Assembly: GCA_973895155.1 (NCBI GenBank)
Contig: OZ316891.1
Span: 15,593,037-15,657,036, forward strand
Direction of reading: 5' to 3'
Source of the DNA: Marsupella aquatica
Lineage: Eukaryota; Plantae; Marchantiophyta
Length of the DNA stretch: 64,000 nucleotides
Shown: positions 11,445-24,900 of the stretch, piece after piece
Layout: every line of letters begins with the position of its first letter
How positions within the stretch are numbered: the stretch's first letter is position 1
The notes under the pieces: model-generated
Seen by the model: the letters and a program-made list of their open reading frames with translations, nothing else
Told to the model about the DNA's origin: nothing
The model's database searches: none
Translations under genes and position numbers: made by a program

Positions 11445-14232
11445 ATGGCAGAGTCTCGGAACTCAAGGACAGTTCTCAAATGGATGGGTTTCGTAGCAGC
11501 GATATGGGTTCAATCGATATCAGGGAACAATTACACCTTCGCCAACTATTCGGCTGATCTGAAGAGTGTGATGAATTATAACCAGGTGCAACTCAATGCC
11601 CTCGGAGTTGCCAAGGACGTGGGAAAAAGTGTGGGACTCCTAGCGGGCTTCCTTTCCGACTTCCTTCCCCCGCAAATCATTCTCATGATTGGAGCGGGCG
11701 TGGGCGCTCTCGGATATGGAACCACATGGCTCGTTGTTAGCGAGCGGATAGCGCCTCCCTCGTTTTGGCAGGTTGGTGATGTTTCTTCTTTTTATGATCG
11801 GGTTTTGTACGCTCTCTGCCTGTCTCCGTTTACAATTTCAATAATTCGTTTATTGAGTCCAAAGGCCCGATGAATTTTTCAAGCTGGGCTCTTCAGCCGA
11901 CCCTGCCTCTGGTGAAATTGTGTAACTTAGGTAGTTCTGTCTGTGTTATGCGGACCCCAGTTCTCGGGAGGTTCTGAACCTGCGTCTGTCATGGACAGTC
12001 AAGTTCTACATTTCCTTTGTGTCGCTATTGCTGGTACACAAAATGCCTAGCTATATAGCTCAAAGATTGTTGATATCTTTTGATATTTCATAAAATGAGT
12101 CAATCTATTTATACAATCAGCATGTAATTAACAGACAATTGTGGCTCGTTGCGACCCACTGAGTAGAGAAGCGAATTTGGAAAACCGTGTATTGGGAATC
12201 TCGTTGGCGGATACAGAGGAAACGCCCGTGCTGACACTTGCTGGAGTGAACCATCTTTCACTTCAGATCCAAACCATCATCCCGAGCAATGCGGCGTGAC
12301 TATGTACAAATGCAATTAACCAATTAACATTGCGTTTCTTTCAGTATAAGAAATTTCAGTTGGTCGGATCTCTCATCGAGTGGTCTTCACTTGATTGCAG
12401 ATGTGTGTTATTGTCTTCATGGGAGGCAACAGCTCAACTTGGATGAACACTGCAGTGTTGGTAACGTGCATGCGCAACTTTGCACGGGATAGAGGCACCG
12501 TAGCAGGCATTCTGAAGGGGTTCGTGGGTTTGAGCACAGCCATTTTCACGGTGCTCTGTGCGGCTCTGTTCACAGGGGACAGCTCGGCCTTTCTGCTCCT
12601 CCTTACTTTCCTCCCGGCTATTATGTGCTTGATAGCAGCTATTTTCTTGAGAGAAATACCGCTTTCAGCTCCAGGAGAAGATCGGGACGGGCACACGAGT
12701 TTCGTTGTATTGAACGTTATTTCGTTATGTCTCTCTCTGTACCTTCTTGGGTACACCTTCATTGGAGACTCATTCTCTCCGTTAGTCTCAAAGCTCTTTG
12801 CATTTGGGCTCCTACTGTTCGTGCTCTCTCCTATCGTTGTACCTTGCAGACTTTTGCTTGCGAACTGGCTCTCTGGATCTGGTGATTTGAAAAAATCCGC
12901 CGGGAATAAGGTTGACGAGACTAGGGAACCTCTCTTGAAGAACAGCAGCGACGTAGAGAGATTGCAACACAGAGAAAACATTGAACAACTGGTCGTGGCC
13001 CCCACTGTTACAGAGAGCACAGCAACCGCCTTGAAAGGTGGATCTGGATCCTTTGCTGATGTAGCTGGGTATACAAGGCCACAGCTAGGAGAAAACTTCA
13101 CCCTGTTGGAGATTCTTGCAACGTTGGACTTCTGGGTGTTATTTTTGACGTTCCTCAGTGCTATTGGAACTGGAATGGCTGTCATCAATAACATGGGGCA
13201 AATTGGAGAGGCACTTGGTCAACCTGACGTTTCCAAATTTGTCTCCTTCATCAGCATTTTTGGATTTTTTGGACGTATTGGTGCTGGGGCCGTGTCAGAA
13301 CATTTTGTCAGGTGCATATCCTCGCCGAATTTGGCCACTAATTGATCATTCTTTCTGTCCTCTTTTACGAACAGAAGGATGAGAAGGATGACATTACTCT
13401 GGTTTTCTTAGTCGCGTAAATTCATCCTCTTGCCTTGTACTTAGTTCTATTTTGGGATTGCAACCTCGTTTATCTCTCATGTCGGGTGGATGTGAAGCTA
13501 CTTGATTGAATTGAAGTAGGGCACATTGAAACGGAAAAGGTGGCTTCAGTTCGTGTTGTGTGAGGCATGCATTTGGTTATCCGAGTTGCCTCAGATGGTG
13601 GTAGAAAGATGTTGACATGAATTGCGGGACAGCTGGACGATTGAGTCGGGTCTGGAACTAAGACGAGGTTGTGTGTGCGTTTGTGTTCATGTTTTTACAG
13701 AGTTGCAGCTCTTCCGAGGCCGGTGTGGATGGCTGGGTCAAAAGTGATCATGATATTGGGTTACTTAGCACTGGCTTGGGGCGTCTCAGGATCGCTCACA
13801 TTTGGCTCTATCATAGTGGGGATATGCTATGGCGTGCACATTACCATTGTTGTGGCAACTTCATCAGAAATGTTTGGTCTGAAGTGTTTTGGCACTACCT
13901 ACAACATCTTGGTCCTAAATATTCCGTTGGGTTCATTCTTGTTCTCGGGACTTCTGGCAGGGTATCTGTACGACAAGGAAGCACTAGAGAAGGTTTCTCC
14001 ACACAATACCTTTTTAAGTAAGCTACTGAGAATGAATTCGTTTTCTGACGAGGCCACCAAGTGTTATGGGACCCATTGTTATAGGGCGCTGTTCATAATT
14101 ATGTCATTTGTGCTAGCTGCGGGGCTTGTATTAGATCTCATCCTGATTCTCAGACTCAGACCTGTGTTTCAAAGACTGTATGGATCAAGGTTGGTCTCGT
14201 GTAGAGCTGAAGAGACAGACAGGAGGAGATAG
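11445..14232 (+). CDS. Nodulin-like / major facilitator superfamily transporter (NFD4-like family), 3 exons, 589 aa
   Basis: Exons 11445-11771, 12401-13311, 13701-14232 with GT-AG introns in consistent phase. Family motifs: KWMGFVAAIWVQSISGNNYTFANYS, LGVAKDVGKS, MGGNSSTWMNTAVLVTCMRNF, RGTVAGILKGFVGLSTAIF, INNMGQIGEALG, PLGSFLFSGLLAGYLYD, CYGTHCYR. Confidence 0.95.
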
Positions 14233-16617
14233 GAGCCCAAGTCCACTCCCGTCCAAAGTAAGGAGCTGTTAGCTGCATTGGGCCATAACCACGATTTTGT
14301 GCTGGTCAACTTTACCAGAACGGTCCCAAGGAGATCAGTTCAGTTAAGAATGTTCCATAGTTAGTGAAACCAATTTTATCTCCAGTACGGGTGAAAGTCG
14401 GTGACAACCTTTACTGCTAGTTTCTTGTTTACAGCCCTGCTCAATGTAAGGAGAAGTTCTTCCGTGTTTCTTTTCGTACCCCTCTACCGACTAGTATCCA
14501 TTGATCTTGCACATGAAGCTGTTTGAAGAAACTGAGCTCACCAATTACTTCGGTTTTGATGGAGGATTTGTCATTTCAAGGGAAGGGTGTTCGCCGCAGT
14601 GCACTAACCAACTCATTTCGTGGTCAACCTGAACGTGAATCGAAACAAGAGGGATGATTGAAGGTCGCTAAAGCAACACCAAACCAATAGCTCTTATCAT
14701 GGATGACGCCACCGTCCTCGTTAGGCTGTTTCTTTACCCGTTCTCATCCATGAGATCCTGAAGCAAATTGTCTGTTGTACAATGAAGGACGATTCTTCGC
14801 TTTGACGACCTAGGAGTTGTACGACGCTGACAGCTTCCTTGCCCTAGGGAATCTTTCTAGAAGCCATTTTTGGGGCCAATAGCAATAGTTGGGGTCAGAG
14901 ACGCAAGTTCAGGGCTTAGAGTTGCTAGAATCTCCTAGTACAAAGCCCAGATAGAAAGATTATCGACACTGGAGGTCATTCCATCAGACAGACTATAAAA
15001 CTTGTACACAATTTCATTCAACAACGTAACCACCAGACCAACAAAACTTTGGGATACTGCTAGTGAAGGTTGGGTAGAAAGGCAGAAGCTTACAAGAAAA
15101 GGGTTGATAAACTGTACTTGTAGCTTGCACGAAACGGTAATCAGAAATTATCTGACCTTGTCCATCTGAACTGACATGTTCGTCTGCGAAATCATTCATG
15201 ACCTCCAACACCATCTTGCGAAATTCTAACTGAGCTAAGACTACAAGAAAACTACAGTACATCCTTCTATACATTGTACTCACAAGCAACAGGTCACAGA
15301 ACTAATAGCTGTAATTATAATCATGTCCATGTGCATAACTACTGAAGTAAACCCAGGAAGTTAAAGGTGCACGACAGTTTTATGCTAAGAATGTGCTGAC
15401 CTATTACGGTGAGCCCGTTCGTTGTCTAAAATTCGAGACAGACCAAGCACAGGCGAAACCAAAGTTAAAGAGCACAGCTGCTTAAAGAAATAGTAGGTGG
15501 CTGGCTGAAAGTCCGTTTGAAAGTTGAAAAGTACGACCCTTAACTACTTAAAGTATGCAACCACTTACCTGATGACGGTAAGTTCAATACCCTAGCGGAC
15601 GTTGCCTATTAGGTTGTCAATATCTCGTCATAAAGTTATCGTGGAATTTGACCAAGTCCTGGAGGGACCCCACCAGAAAAGCGGAAAGGCATTACGTTCT
15701 TGTTCGTGGAAATTGACCAGTTTATAAATCTTGCAACACAACACTTTCCCCGCGCCCCGCTTCCCCAGGTGCTCTTAATCGACTTCCTTTCCCTAACGAA
15801 GAGGTCAAACTCACTTAACAACCGTAGGTTGCTACTGAAGTTTCTTTGGGCTCTAATCATTGGGCGTCTTCTCTGCCAACTATTGAGCCAATTGTCAGTT
15901 TGAATCCCCGCAATTAATCAGTTCCCCCATTTCCACTATAAAAACTATATGTATTTGAGTAGGATCAGAGTACAATCTCAGAATAACTCCAGAATCTGAC
16001 GAGGGGACACTCATGGAGTGATTCTTAATCGATAGGTTAAGTTGTAAGAACCAACAAATAACTGGTGGACTATAATGCACTTGAATCGTCCAAACCAGCT
16101 TTATAATAGTAGTGGCACGAAGCTATCAATTCCCACTATCGTGACAGTCTACAATTGGGTCTCTGCTCAAGAGGTATCGGCGGTGCACGGGACATGAAAC
16201 ACAACAACACTCCTCCGAACATGTTATCCTAGTGAGTTCATTATTGGTACTGCAAAAGAGTTAACCATACAAGGCCAGCTTCTCTCTGTAGGCAATACCC
16301 AAAGGATGAAATAGAACTTCTCATCACTACTTCTCAAAGATGGAATGCAAGAAATAGATTCTGGTCAATCTGTAAATGAATCCAAGTGATTGGTCCTTCT
16401 GTGCAATTGAAATTGTTGGACAAGGCTACCAGAACAGATACTCTGTTTACAAAGCTAAAACTTAATAGGTGGCAAATGGATTTCAACACTTGGAATAGGA
16501 TACCCTTTGATAGAAGAGACTGTCTTGGTTGCAGTCTTTAATTCTAAAGTTTCTGAACGACGTAGAGATAGGAAGGCGGTGTAATTAAAAGGGGCAAGAA
16601 ACGTTGGAGGAGGTCGC

Positions 16618-19600
16618 TTATGCAACCGGAGGTCTGAGAACATGGTCTTGGGACGTATCAATGGCAGCAGAAGGCATCCATTGCCACATAGCCATGCCTG
16701 GATATGCTGGCAAGTGTGGGGCCTTGTTGGCTGCCTGCGCTTGGGCAGCAAAAGCTGCAGCAGCTGCATGAAATGTCGTCGGATGTGCAAGATACCCCGG
16801 TGGAATAGTAATAGCTTTCAGTTGCTGCTCCAACCTCTCCTTGTCCGCTTTCAGCCGCAGCTTCTCATCTCGAATTTCATTCTTTTCACCCTGGACATTT
16901 TCAAACACTTACAAATCTTAGAAATCCTTACAGCTCCCATAAGAAAGCTAAAGCCAGCAAGGCCCGGCCCGCACACACATGTATGTTCACATACATGCCT
17001 CTGCTAACCCTGCAAAAGTCGCGGATTCAAACGCCACAGTTGAATTGAGGTGTATAGGAGACAGTGCGATGACTATCAGCACTGTTTGAGTAAATACTTC
17101 GCTAAACTCACTTCAGGCACAGCCTCTGCATTTCAGAGAAGCAGTAAGACCTTAAACGTTGCTGAGGTCGTCAGTTCCTAGAAGCCTTCGTGAGTGAAAC
17201 AGATCCCTCAAAGTAGACTTCTTAGCCATTGCATATAGGACTTTTCCAATGGTCATTAAAACATCGAAGGATTATGAAATTCAAATTCCACCGAAAACCA
17301 CTCAGGCTTGGCAGCTATCAATGGACACGAGTGTCTATTGGGGTTCACCAATTACAGATCCTTGGCTTGCTAGACTCGAACCACGGCACTAATGGAGCAG
17401 ATGGGCCAGGCTGCTGGTTTTCATATATGAAAATAGAATAACACAGGATGCCCTTCGCTCTCGAGAGTAAAACCGTGTTGAATGGACAGAACTATGGATT
17501 TACACTAATGTACTATGTATTTTGCCGTTTCAAAAACAAGAGTTAGGCAAAATCGCGGTAAGAGCATTGACGAATGTTCGATAGAGGCTCCAGGGGATCT
17601 TTTTCTGCATCTTTTTTACTTCAATCATATCTCAGCAATATGCTTTGGAGACATATCAAGAACCAAGAGTTGATCATATTTCATGAGGAAGTGACCTACA
17701 GAAATCGTTGTTGGCCCAGACATGAAGATGTGCAAACCGGAAAAAAACTTATCAGTATAAAGAACTCATACATCTAGGACATGACTACCGTGATTAGACA
17801 AAACTACAAAAAATACAGTGCAATGGGAAACATTATGTAGAAAATCGCAATAGAGCAAAATAAACTCACCTTTAGGTCTTTGATTGCTTCCCTGAGTTGA
17901 TGATTGGAATCCTTCAACTCCTGCGTCTCTGTACGCAGTTGACTTACCATGCGTACAGCGTCACAAAGTATGGTAGCTTTGTCCGACTTCGGAGGCCTGC
18001 CGGGCTCCAAAGCTGAGCTGAGCTCCATAAACCTGATTCAAGTCAATTACAACCACAACACAAGACTCAGCACGAAGGACAGTTTACCCAAATTTGGCAA
18101 CTTGAAAGGCACCGATAATAGAAAAGAACATAGTTGTCTTCATGTTTGACGTCACAAGTCTGACTCCCTAATAAAGAAAATACTTCTGAATAGTAGGCAC
18201 GATAGCTCTCGTGCAGAAATAATCCCTGACTCATGAACTTCATAGGTCCTCTATCTCAATTCGACTTTTCAAGACAGCTCCAAGATGTCGGTGACGAGGC
18301 AAAAGCGCACTATGACCAACGGAAAGCACAGCGCATCTCATATCTGATATTTGTACACTGAAACTAAGCTTTCATTAAATGGTCAAATATCTGGATGGTA
18401 GGGAGTCAGAAACGCAGATTGAGAATATCCTGTGAGACATACCTATCGTTTAATCGATCCCTGCGTGCCTTCTCCCGACAGGCCTTATTACCAGCTCCGC
18501 TGCATGACTCATCCCGAAATCTGCACAATCATCACCCATGTTCCTCAACATCACGGGAAGCATCAATACATACAAACAACTGCTTTCTAGTGTCATGGAT
18601 ACAACTGTCTAGTTTCTAGAACTACAAATAAACGCCAACTACAGATTCATAGGAGACGTCACCATATACATATATTTCCAAAGCAGATTGGACAAAAAAT
18701 CCCAGTAATTTTCTTTGTTCTTTACCCTACCGTAAACCGTGTGGCCCACATAGTGCGAAAGACCTATTACTACTTATCGTGGACTCTGACAAGAGACCCA
18801 CAACAGTATAAGGAGTGCGGCAATGGTAAAGATATATCATTGGCTACAACACAATGTATGATGTGGTGGACGCTACTGAGGCAATCACAACACCATGTGA
18901 CGACCGACAACAAGTTCTTCAATTATCCTGACTGCCTCACCTTTTCCTTGGACAAAGCTTCTCATGGTCATCGGAATCCACTTTAGAGACATCGTTGTCA
19001 GCACTGCATAACTCCCACGACCTTGATTAGACTTCTTCTTGATGATACAATCAAAACTCCAATACCTACTAAGGGGTCACCATCCTGGGCTGACTTTTTT
19101 ACGACAAGAAAATCAGAAGGAATTGCACGTCACACAGACAGAGGTCCTTGACTTCCAGTTAGTAGAAAAACTCCATATTTGAACAATTCAGTCAGAAGGT
19201 GACATATGGACATGTAAGCATCATTTGAATGTCCGCGTTCATTGAGCCTCACCTCAGGGCAAACAATGAGCTGCTATATCCCGCTCGATATAGCATTATG
19301 GAAAAAGCTAAGACCATTCCTACATAACTTATAGAGGTCACTCTGCTGATGACAGGCAACTAGCAGAAGTAAAGTGCAGTGGGAATGGGAGAGAAGGAAA
19401 CTGTATGGGCAAAGACTTCCCCCCGCCATTGAGACGAAAAAAAGAAGTGAAGATAGTTCCATCGACTCGATGAGGTTCATGTAATTCTTCCCAGGAAGCG
19501 GGCAGCACGATATCAACAGAAAGCACCTTAATGTTATCACGAACAGACCCGAGTGGAAGAACAGTCACATGAGGATGTCCACAATGCAAAATCTTATATC

Positions 19601-19778
19601 CCTGATCCGTCAATTTACTTTTCCTAAGCGGCGAAAGGGCCTGGCACACAAATCAGTACCTACGATCGCCCTGGTCGGGTATGGCCTGGCTCGCGCACCA
19701 TTGAAAGTTGAAAGATTGTGGCTCTTCCGCTTCTAACAACTCCTCCATCCACTTGCTGTTATTCGACGGAGACGACAT
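16618..19778 (-). CDS. ILR3: bHLH subgroup IVc transcription factor (ILR3/bHLH105-like iron-homeostasis regulator), 5 exons, 231 aa
   Basis: Exons 19778-19660, 19003-18941, 18520-18443, 18032-17870, 16890-16618, all GT-AG and in phase. bHLH sequence KACREKARRDRLNDRFMELSSALEPGRPPKSDKATILCDAVRMV, zipper EKNEIRDEKLRLKADKERLEQQLK, and the diagnostic C-terminus AMWQWMPSAAIDTSQDHVLRPPVA. Confidence 0.95.
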
Positions 19779-20272
19779 CGCGAAATATTGCCGTCTCACC
19801 AATCTGTACCTCAAGATTCCCTTCGAGTGCTGCTAGGGTTCTCAATCCTAGTCTCACTCGCCCGGCGTCAATTCCCTGTCGGCAGACCCTCCCGCTCGCA
19901 CTATCATCAGAACTGCATCATATTACTCGCACCCTGCAACACGCCCCGGGGGCCCGGTCCAGACGTTTATTGGATTGGCTTCCACGCTTTTCCTAGGTGC
20001 CCTCCTCCCGTCCCCTTTGCTCGATCTTGTTGCTCCTCGCCCTCGTTCCGCGTCGCCGTTGGTCGCCTGCTGCTGGTGAGTGTGCTCGGGTCTCTCGGGT
20101 ACCAGTCCGCACTCTTGTCGCTCGCCCTCCTTCCGCGTCGCCCTTGTCGCCTGCTGATGGCGTGCTGAGGTCTCTGCTCTCTGCTACCAGTCCCTAGAGT
20201 TCTGCACACGGCAGACTGGATGCCACTCGAAGGCGACTAGGGGAGTGGACGGGAGGTCGGAGGTCCAGCTCG

Positions 20273-20308
20273 GTAGTAGTAGTAGTAGTAGTAGTAGTAG
20301 AGTAGTAG
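20273..20308. repeat. (GTA/TAC)n microsatellite upstream of the bHLH gene
   Basis: gtagtagtagt... run of about 9 perfect units followed by an interrupted tail. Confidence 0.9.
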
Positions 20309-21965
20309 GACGACAACACAACAATCACGACAAAACACCGCATGTCAAACACCTGCAGGTCTTTCTTCGAGCGACTGACCTTTGCCCTTTGGTGACCTTG
20401 CTGCAGATTTTAGCCACGCAAAGTTACAGCGGATCAGAGTGAGACTTTCACATCTACGCCATCCATTTCTTTTGACAAATTCCTTCAGGTTTCGATAGGC
20501 TCGACTTTATCGAGAATGGGGCCAGTGGGCGTGAAGGATGGTCTAATAATATAGATGCTGACTGACGACCGCTGAGGATTGCACTGGTCCACGAAACTTA
20601 ACTGCAATAATGTCTACAAGCTAGAACATTGCCACTAAACATGTTCCAAAGTAATGTTGCCAGTGTATATACTAACCAGCAGGAATGCCCATTCTTTGAA
20701 TATTTATAGAATGATGACAAAAAATTGGCCACTTGGTCCGGGGATTAGCCTAGAACCAAGAGGTCTCACATTCAATCCCCTCTCAACACACTAAGGGTGT
20801 GGACTGTATGTTTGTGTGGTGAGTTGTACTGATGAGAGTAGTGGTTTCTCCAGTAGTGGTTTCTCCTTGGCAGGCTATCGGCTTTGTGGTCCTGGTTCAA
20901 CCCTCCCTCTTTCCTGGTACGGTCCCTGTCAGATCCCTGGGTATCCTCCCCCATTGTGTCAGATCCCTGGGTATCCTCCCCCATTGGAGATACCCTACAG
21001 TGGTGCATATTCCAAAGAAAAAAGTTTATCCTGTTCCACATTAACAATACTCTCCTTCATTACATTGTTAATACTTTATACATATGGCGGTTGCCATGAG
21101 GTGGTTGCCTAAGTAGTTAGGGTTATAACCTCCTTGGGTTATAGTTCTAACCTTAGTTATATAGGTGTGGTAGACTTAACCTATGGTAAACCTATGGTAT
21201 GCAACACTCCCCCTTGTATGCATCTTTGGTAATAAGAAAGATGTAGACATCTAAAGTCTACCTATAATAACTATGATAAAGTATTTGCTAACTTCTGTGT
21301 TGAGGGTATTACATATGGAGGTGGGGTGTAACCTCATCAAAACCTCCCCTCCTTTCTTGTTGGGAGGAAAGAGTATTACCACCCCCCCTATACCCTATTT
21401 CAGCACTAAATCATATCTTTAATTTTGGTCTAACTTTGCTAAGTGAGACTAAATAAGTAGTCTTTGTATATGGCTAAGTCTGTTTAGGAGTTAGTCTAGT
21501 TGAGTAGTTTCGTTAGGTTCTATGGCCTCGTAAAATTTAGGGTCGTATTTTCGTGAGAAGTCGAAATGAGGTCGGCCCGTTCGTGAGTAACTGGCTGGAA
21601 ACAAGATGGAACAGGGCTGCGATGTGGTTGAGTCGGGGGGAACGAAGCTGCGAGTCGCAATAGTGATGCAGTAGGTCGATGGGCGATGGGCGATCCTTAG
21701 GTTGATGGTGAGCGCGCGATCAGTCGTGGGTGCGCGAGTAGTTGATACGAATGGTGTGTTCGTAATCGGATGTCACTTGGGTTTGGTGAGGAGTCTGCAG
21801 GTGCGTGATTTGTGTGGAGCTTCTGCTGTTGAATAGGTAAGTGCTTGACTTCTGTGAATTCGGCTTGGGCTCGATTGAATTCAGTTCTTGTTTCGGCTCA
21901 AATCTTTCCATTCGGTTTGGTGTTTCGTAGGTGCTTGGCTGTGTTAAGTTCGTCACGATCTTGCC

Positions 21966-24900
21966 TCAGTTCGGTTCTTGCAGCAGTTGTTTATAAATCT
22001 GTGTATGCTGGCCTGCGCATTCATTTTGTGGTTTCCCGGTTTGCTGCTGTGTGGATGTGATCCTCATAATTCTGAAGTTGAATGATTCTTGTAATGATGT
22101 GAGCGCTTTCTCCCCCTGAATGTTGAATATTTGATTTTCATTTGATGTCCTGTAAAAGTTCAGACAGACTGTGGTTTCTTGGATGTAATTGATAACATTT
22201 CGTAACCAGATACATTCGCGGCTGGCCTCGTAAAGAGCTATAATTTCTGAGTGGTTTGACGAAGTAGTTGTTAAAGTCTGCTTGGTGCTCTTCCATGAGA
22301 GAGCAGTCGGACCAATCTTAAATACATATCCTGATTGCGACTTGGCATCAGCTGTATCAGATAGGTAGCCAGCATCAGCGAATCCTGATAATGTGAGCTC
22401 CAGCGTATTTGGATAGAAAAGCCCTAAGTCAATGGTGCCACAGAGGTAACGGAAGATTCGTTTAACGCCATTCCAGTGCCTGATTGTTGGTTGAGCACTA
22501 TGGCGAGCAAGTAGGTTTACTGCAAACGCTATATCAGGTCTTGTTTGTGAAGCTAAGAATAATAGGGCTCCAATGGCCGACAGGTATGGCTTATCAGATC
22601 CAAGTAGTGGTTCTTCCTCTGTTTTCTTCCTGAAAATATCTTTCTCTCTATCCAAGGATCGTAGGTCCATTGGTGATCTCACTGCCTTTTCTTTATGCAT
22701 ATCGAATTGCTTCAATGTCCTTCGGGTATATGTAGATTGATGGAGTAGTATTCCATGTGAGAGATGTTCGAACTGTAGTCCGAGGCAGAATGCAGTTCTG
22801 CCTAGATCTCTAATTTCGAATACCCTGTTCAGTTTGGTAATTGTCTCTTGCAGAATCTTAGAGGTACCAAATAAATTGAGGTCATCTACATAGATGGCCA
22901 CTATGATGATTTCGGGTCCTTCTTGTTTAATAAACAAGCATGGGGTAAGATCAGATGTCTTGAAGTCCATGGTCAACATTTCTGTTTTAAAATGTCTGTA
23001 CCATGTTCACCCACTCTGCTTCAGACCGTACATGGATCTGAGGACCTGAACAGCAAATCGGATTTTTGCAGTAAGTGCTTTCTGAGTGGGTACTAACTTA
23101 GTAGAGGCGTCCCATCCGATTGCCTTAGCAGTAGTATGTAGTACTGATTTGTTGGTGTGGCCGAAAAGGCCATCACTGGTATGAGTTTTCTTTTGTATGG
23201 GGGTCTCCCCCTGAATATGGTGTTCAACCCTTTTGATTAATTCGGGAGGAGCCTCCATGTAAATAATATTTTCCAGGTGGCCATATAGGTAGGCAGTAAC
23301 AATGTCAAGTTGGTGCATTGTCAGGTTGTGGTGAAGGGCGAATGCAATTAAGTACCTGTAGGTAATAACGTCCATGACAGGAGAGTATGTGAGGTCATAG
23401 TCTCTCCCAGGGATTTGTGTAAATCCCTTTGCTACAAGTCTAGCTTTGTATCTCACTATTTTGCCCTGGGCGTCTCGCTTCTTGACAAATGTCCATTTGT
23501 AGCCTGTGAGATGGGTGTCAGGTTGGGCAGGTGTTATGGGGCCGAATACCTGCCGTGAGATGAGTGAGTCTAGCTCGGAGTTGATGGCCTCCTGCCATTT
23601 ATCCCAGTCAGGTTGTTTTCTGGCTTCTGTGATAGTTGTGGGATCAGGTAAGTCCCCCATTATCTCCTTGGAAATTTGAAATGCAAATGTGTTGTCTAGG
23701 GTGGTGGTTGATCTATCTCTGATCTTGCCTGTGAAGTTATAGTTAATGGCTATTTCTTCGTTTGCTGTGGTTCGAGCGGGTGCATCTGGTTGAGGTTGTG
23801 TTGCAATGGAGGGGGGTAAGTTGGTTCTTCTCTGTCTGGGGTTCTTGTCCCCCAGCTCCAGGTGGGCGTCCTCTCTTCTTTCGTGGTTCAGCAGTAGTTG
23901 CTGGTGGTTCAGTAATGTCTATTCTTGAGGGGGCGTTGGTGGCAGGGACGTGTGACCTGGTGACCTGGGCTACATCCGCAAATGCGTCAGGTAATTCCCC
24001 CATAATTCTGGTGAGGTGCAGTATTCGTTGTACCTCTGTGTCGGCTAGTGCTGTCCTCGGGTCGTTCCAGAATTGGGAGGTTATTTGCCAAGCAATTTCT
24101 TTGGATGGGCTATCTGTTGTTTTCTGGCCTGTACTGAGTTTTGGGAATGTGTCTTCATAGAAATGGCAGTCGGCAAATCGGGCCTTATATACATCTGCTG
24201 TAGTGGGCTCCAAATATCTGATGATGGACGTGGAATCAAATCCAATGTATATGCCCTTTTGGCGTTGAGGTCCGAGTTTGGTCCTTTTTGGTCCCATAAT
24301 TGGAACCAGGACCTGGCATCCGAAGGTTCGAAGGTGGGTCAGTGATGCTGTGGTGCCAAATGCCAAATGGTGAGGTGAGCTTGTGTTAAATGCTGATGGT
24401 CTATATCGTAGGAGAGTAGCCGCATGGAGGATGGCATGTCCCCATGCGGCTGGTGGTAATTGACTCTGCATTATGAGTGGTCTCGCTATGGACTGTAATC
24501 TTTTGATGAGTGATTCAGCGATTCCATTCTGGAAGTGTACGTATGCAATTGGGTATTCGACCTCTATACCAGCTGCAGTGCAGAAGTCGTCGAAGGTTCT
24601 GGAGGTAAATTCTCCAGCATTATCGACTCTGATTGTTTTTATTGGGTGGTCAGGAAACTGGGCTTTGAGTCTTAGGATATGTGCTAACAGTCTGGGGAAT
24701 ACTAGGTTTCGTGTGGATAGCAGGGAGACCTGTGACCACTTTGATGAGGCATCATGGTGGCTAAGAAGAAGCGGAATGGTCCGCTAGGTGGGTCAATAGG
24801 TCCGCAGACGTCTGCGTGGATTCTCTCCAAGAATTGAGGTATTCTCCTGTCTGTTGTTGATGGAGCTGGTCTAAGTGAGAGTTTACCTTGTGAGCAGGCA

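Noticed and set aside
12373-13194. 273-aa antisense ORF
   Set aside because: Shadow of MFS exon 2; no independent evidence.
20727-20790. tRNA gene
   Set aside because: Only degenerate A/B boxes and no cloverleaf; better explained as a SINE head.
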